Positions 61,489 to 64,000 of a stretch of DNA of 64,000 nucleotides are shown in pieces. The notes under the pieces are model-generated. The model was not told the origin of the DNA and did not search any database. It was given only the letters and a program-made list of their open reading frames with translations. How positions within the stretch are numbered: position 1 is the first letter of the stretch; every line of letters starts with the position of its first letter. Source of the stretch: Gammaproteobacteria bacterium RIFCSPHIGHO2_12_FULL_35_23 (GTDB taxonomy: Bacteria; Pseudomonadota; Gammaproteobacteria; UBA12402); contig MGXT01000014.1 in the NCBI GenBank assembly GCA_001801465.1, positions 139,376 through 203,375 on the forward strand, given 5' to 3'. A program made the position numbers and the translations under genes.

Positions 61489-61877
61489 TGGACCGTAGCC
61501 GAATTAGTGGACAGATTTCTCTGAGTTAAAATATTGTTCCTCAATAGCTTTAGGCGATAAGTACCCAAGCGTTGAATGAGCTCGTTGATTGTTGTAAAAG
61601 ATCTCACAATAGTCAAATATTTTTAATTTTGCTTCCTCCCTCGTTTGAAATTTCTCAAAATAAATACACTCTGTTTTGAGTGTAGCAAAAAAACTTTCCA
61701 TCGCAGCATTATCATAGCAGTTCCCTTTACCACTCATGCTACAAGTGACTCCATGCAAACTGAGTAACGCTTGAAACTCATGGCTTGTATACTGACAGCC
61801 TCAGTACCTTTGGAATTGAGTCATAGCCAAGTAAAATCCTTCTTGTTAACCACTATTAACGACAGGAGAACTTTAAC

Positions 61878-63116
61878 ATGGCTACAACGATACATAGCAA
61901 TACCATAAATCAAAACTTATGGGTAGCAATTGATATAGCAAAATATAAGCATGAGGTATTAATTGAATACCCTAATGGAGCACAGAAGAGATTGATTATT
62001 ATGAACACGTTAAATGATTTTAATAGATTAGCTGATAAACTAAATGATACAAAACTTCCCATTCAAATAGGGTTTGAAGCTACAGGCTACTACCATCGCG
62101 GATTAGCATATTTTCTTATTAAAAGTGGTTTTAATGTGAAGCTAATTTCATCAATAGCCACTGCACGTACTAGAGATGCGCATTATAATTCTAGAGATAA
62201 AAATGACAAACGAGACGCTAACATTATTTTATATCTACTAAAATCAGGCGTAACCCAATATTACTATGACCCTGTCATTGCAGAAACTAATGATATCCAA
62301 GAATTATCTAATACATATGATCGCGTTACCTTTAGAAAAACGCAATTACAACATAGTATTTTAAATCATTATTTACCTCTTTATTTTCCAGAGGCTGAAA
62401 AATATTTTTGCTCTACACGAGCAAAATGGTTTGCTGAATTCTTTTATGCATTTCCATGTCCAAATGCGATTACTTGCTATAAAGAAGAGGAGTTTATTGA
62501 AAAAGCTTGGTCGCTAGTAGGACGGAAAGTAGATAAACATAATTGGTTAAAAGATGTTTATTTTAGTGCGCAAAATAGCGTTGGGTTGCCCATTGATACT
62601 AGATCTAAAACAATCGACATGTACAGATTAATTTTAAATGATTTTGCTGAAATATGTCGCCAGCGAAATGATATTGAAAATTTAGCGGATAGTTATCTTG
62701 CTCAGAGAGAAGATTATGTACGATTAAAAACTGTACCAGGTATAGGTCCTATTATTGCAATGACTATTTTAGCGGAGGCTGGAAATTTAAGGCGTTTTAA
62801 GCACGTTAATCAATTTCTCAAATATTGTGGATTTGACTTAGCTACCAAGAAATCAGGTACTTTTTCTGGCAAAACCACCTTGTCAAAACGAGGGAATGCT
62901 AAGCTTAGACAAATGTTTTGGATGGCGAGTACCATTGCCATCCGCATGAGAGAAAATACGTTTAGACGAAAATATGAAAACTATATTAAAGAGGATCCAA
63001 AGAATGCTAATTTAAAACGGAAAGCTTATGTCGCTGTTGCAGCAAAAATGGCGAGGGTGGTTTATAGTATGATCCACCATCAAACCGATTATTACTGTAC
63101 TCATTCGAGTCAGTGA
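61878..63116 (+). CDS. IS110 family DEDD transposase/recombinase
   Basis: IDIAK, FEATG, KNDKRDA; VPGIG, KSG catalytic Ser, SKRGN. Confidence 0.95.
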   Translation: MATTIHSNTINQNLWVAIDIAKYKHEVLIEYPNGAQKRLIIMNTLNDFNRLADKLNDTKLPIQIGFEATGYYHRGLAYFLIKSGFNVKLISSIATARTRDAHYNSRDKNDKRDANIILYLLKSGVTQYYYDPVIAETNDIQELSNTYDRVTFRKTQLQHSILNHYLPLYFPEAEKYFCSTRAKWFAEFFYAFPCPNAITCYKEEEFIEKAWSLVGRKVDKHNWLKDVYFSAQNSVGLPIDTRSKTIDMYRLILNDFAEICRQRNDIENLADSYLAQREDYVRLKTVPGIGPIIAMTILAEAGNLRRFKHVNQFLKYCGFDLATKKSGTFSGKTTLSKRGNAKLRQMFWMASTIAIRMRENTFRRKYENYIKEDPKNANLKRKAYVAVAAKMARVVYSMIHHQTDYYCTHSSQ

Positions 63117-63119
63117 TAA

Positions 63120-63262
63120 CCCAGTAGTTCAATTCATTGTTTGCGGCCCTGGAAGCAACCAAGTTGACTTCGTAGATCGTGTTGGAAAGTTCTACTGGGA
63201 TTTTAATTTTGTTTTAAGTACGTTGAAGGCGACAATCTTGTTGACCTTGTGTTTACTGTGAT
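63120..63262 (+). ncRNA. putative bridge/seek RNA of the IS110 element
   Basis: Stem CCCAGTAG/CTACTGGG enclosing an inner hairpin; second loop AGTACG-hairpin-TACTG matches the element's own ends. Confidence 0.6.
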
Positions 63263-64000
63263 AAAAATATTTTTTACCAGAAAAGTAGAACCTACTGGTT
63301 ATATATGGGTTGATAATGCTATTAAAAAATTACATGTATGGTGTAAGAGAAGAATTTTTTGTTAAAAAAACTTGACTTCAAAGTTAGTACGCTATCAGAA
63401 TGATGAAGGAGTTCCTTGGGTTGACGACGGTGCAATAGCGCCTGCTTAAAAGCACGGCTGACTAATTCAGTACGCAAGTACTTATCCATCGCTAAGCCAA
63501 TGAGTTTACGCGAAAACAAGTCCAGAATGGCCGCCACATAAAGCCAACCTTCTTGCGTGAAAACATAGCTTATATCAGAAACCCACTTCTCATTAGGTCT
63601 CGCTGCTTTAAATTGTTGTTCAAGCTTATTGTCTGCTACCGGCAAGCGATTATCAACTTTGGTTGTCTGCTTAAAAAATCGTCGTTTCTTAGGCACTAAA
63701 TTGACTACTTTCATCAGACGAATAATACGCCGTTTACTTAAGTTTAAGCCTTTTTTCGCTAACTCACTCCGCATACGCTCACTCCCATAGGTCTCTCTAC
63801 TTAACTCAAATAATCGCTTAATCTGCTCACAATAATTTGCATCATTCTGCTCCCGCTGACTAGGCCCTTTGGTGCAATATCGATAATAACCACTGCGGGA
63901 TACGCCTAGTACTTCAGCCATCTTCTCCGTTGCATGAGCGCCATCCTGGCGCTCCATAAAAGCAAATACTAGCTCTTTTTCTTTTGGGAGAAAATGGCTA

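Larger units (their letters stand above)
61803..63392 (+). mobile_element. IS110-family (IS1111-type) insertion sequence, about 1590 bp
   Basis: Excision restores IS3 GAT-AGA-GGC (D-R-G); short left and about 275-bp right non-coding ends; no long target duplication. Confidence 0.9.
61489..64000 (-). mobile_element. IS3-family element (orfB plus end of orfA), interrupted by IS110 and running off the window
   Basis: End TGGACCGTAGCCGAATTAGTGGACA at 61489; orfB WVSDISY...HHSD|RGCQY...GNCYDNA.MESFF; orfA tail AIFSQKKKS*. Confidence 0.88.

Noticed and set aside
61398..61758. ORFs 61398-61616 and 61504-61758, and the C-terminus of 63322-63957, as independent genes
   Set aside because: Fragments or read-through created by the nested IS insertions

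Overview
AT-rich gammaproteobacterial chromosome segment, most likely from a Legionellales/Coxiellaceae-like intracellular bacterium. This is inferred from an AnkH-like core Dot/Icm effector, a Pht-like MFS transporter, PmrA-type boxes and many orphan effector-like genes. 1-42.9 kb is core genome (DAK2/DegV fusion, yajQ, dinB, lexA, gshA, ihfA-pheTS-rplT-rpmI-infC, uvrB, aspC, tRNA-Pro/Val/Asn). It is interspersed with candidate effectors: two giant tandem Ser/Thr kinases, an NTAN1/CheD-like deamidase, a HAD phosphatase and a ChaN/TIKI-like protein. thrS survives only as a decayed 3' stump that still carries the infC promoter. From tRNA-Asn (42.9 kb) onward is an accessory region: a tandem array of integrase-less islands bounded by repeats of the tRNA 3' half, with IHF-like and arm-like sites. 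Cargo includes a CI-like repressor/VUT transporter/FAD-oxidoreductase module and detoxification-type genes. The window ends in IS scars and a nested IS stack, in which an intact IS110/IS1111-type element with a recognisable bridge/seek-RNA-like right end interrupts an IS3 element. All calls come from reading the sequence and recalled motifs; no database searches were run.
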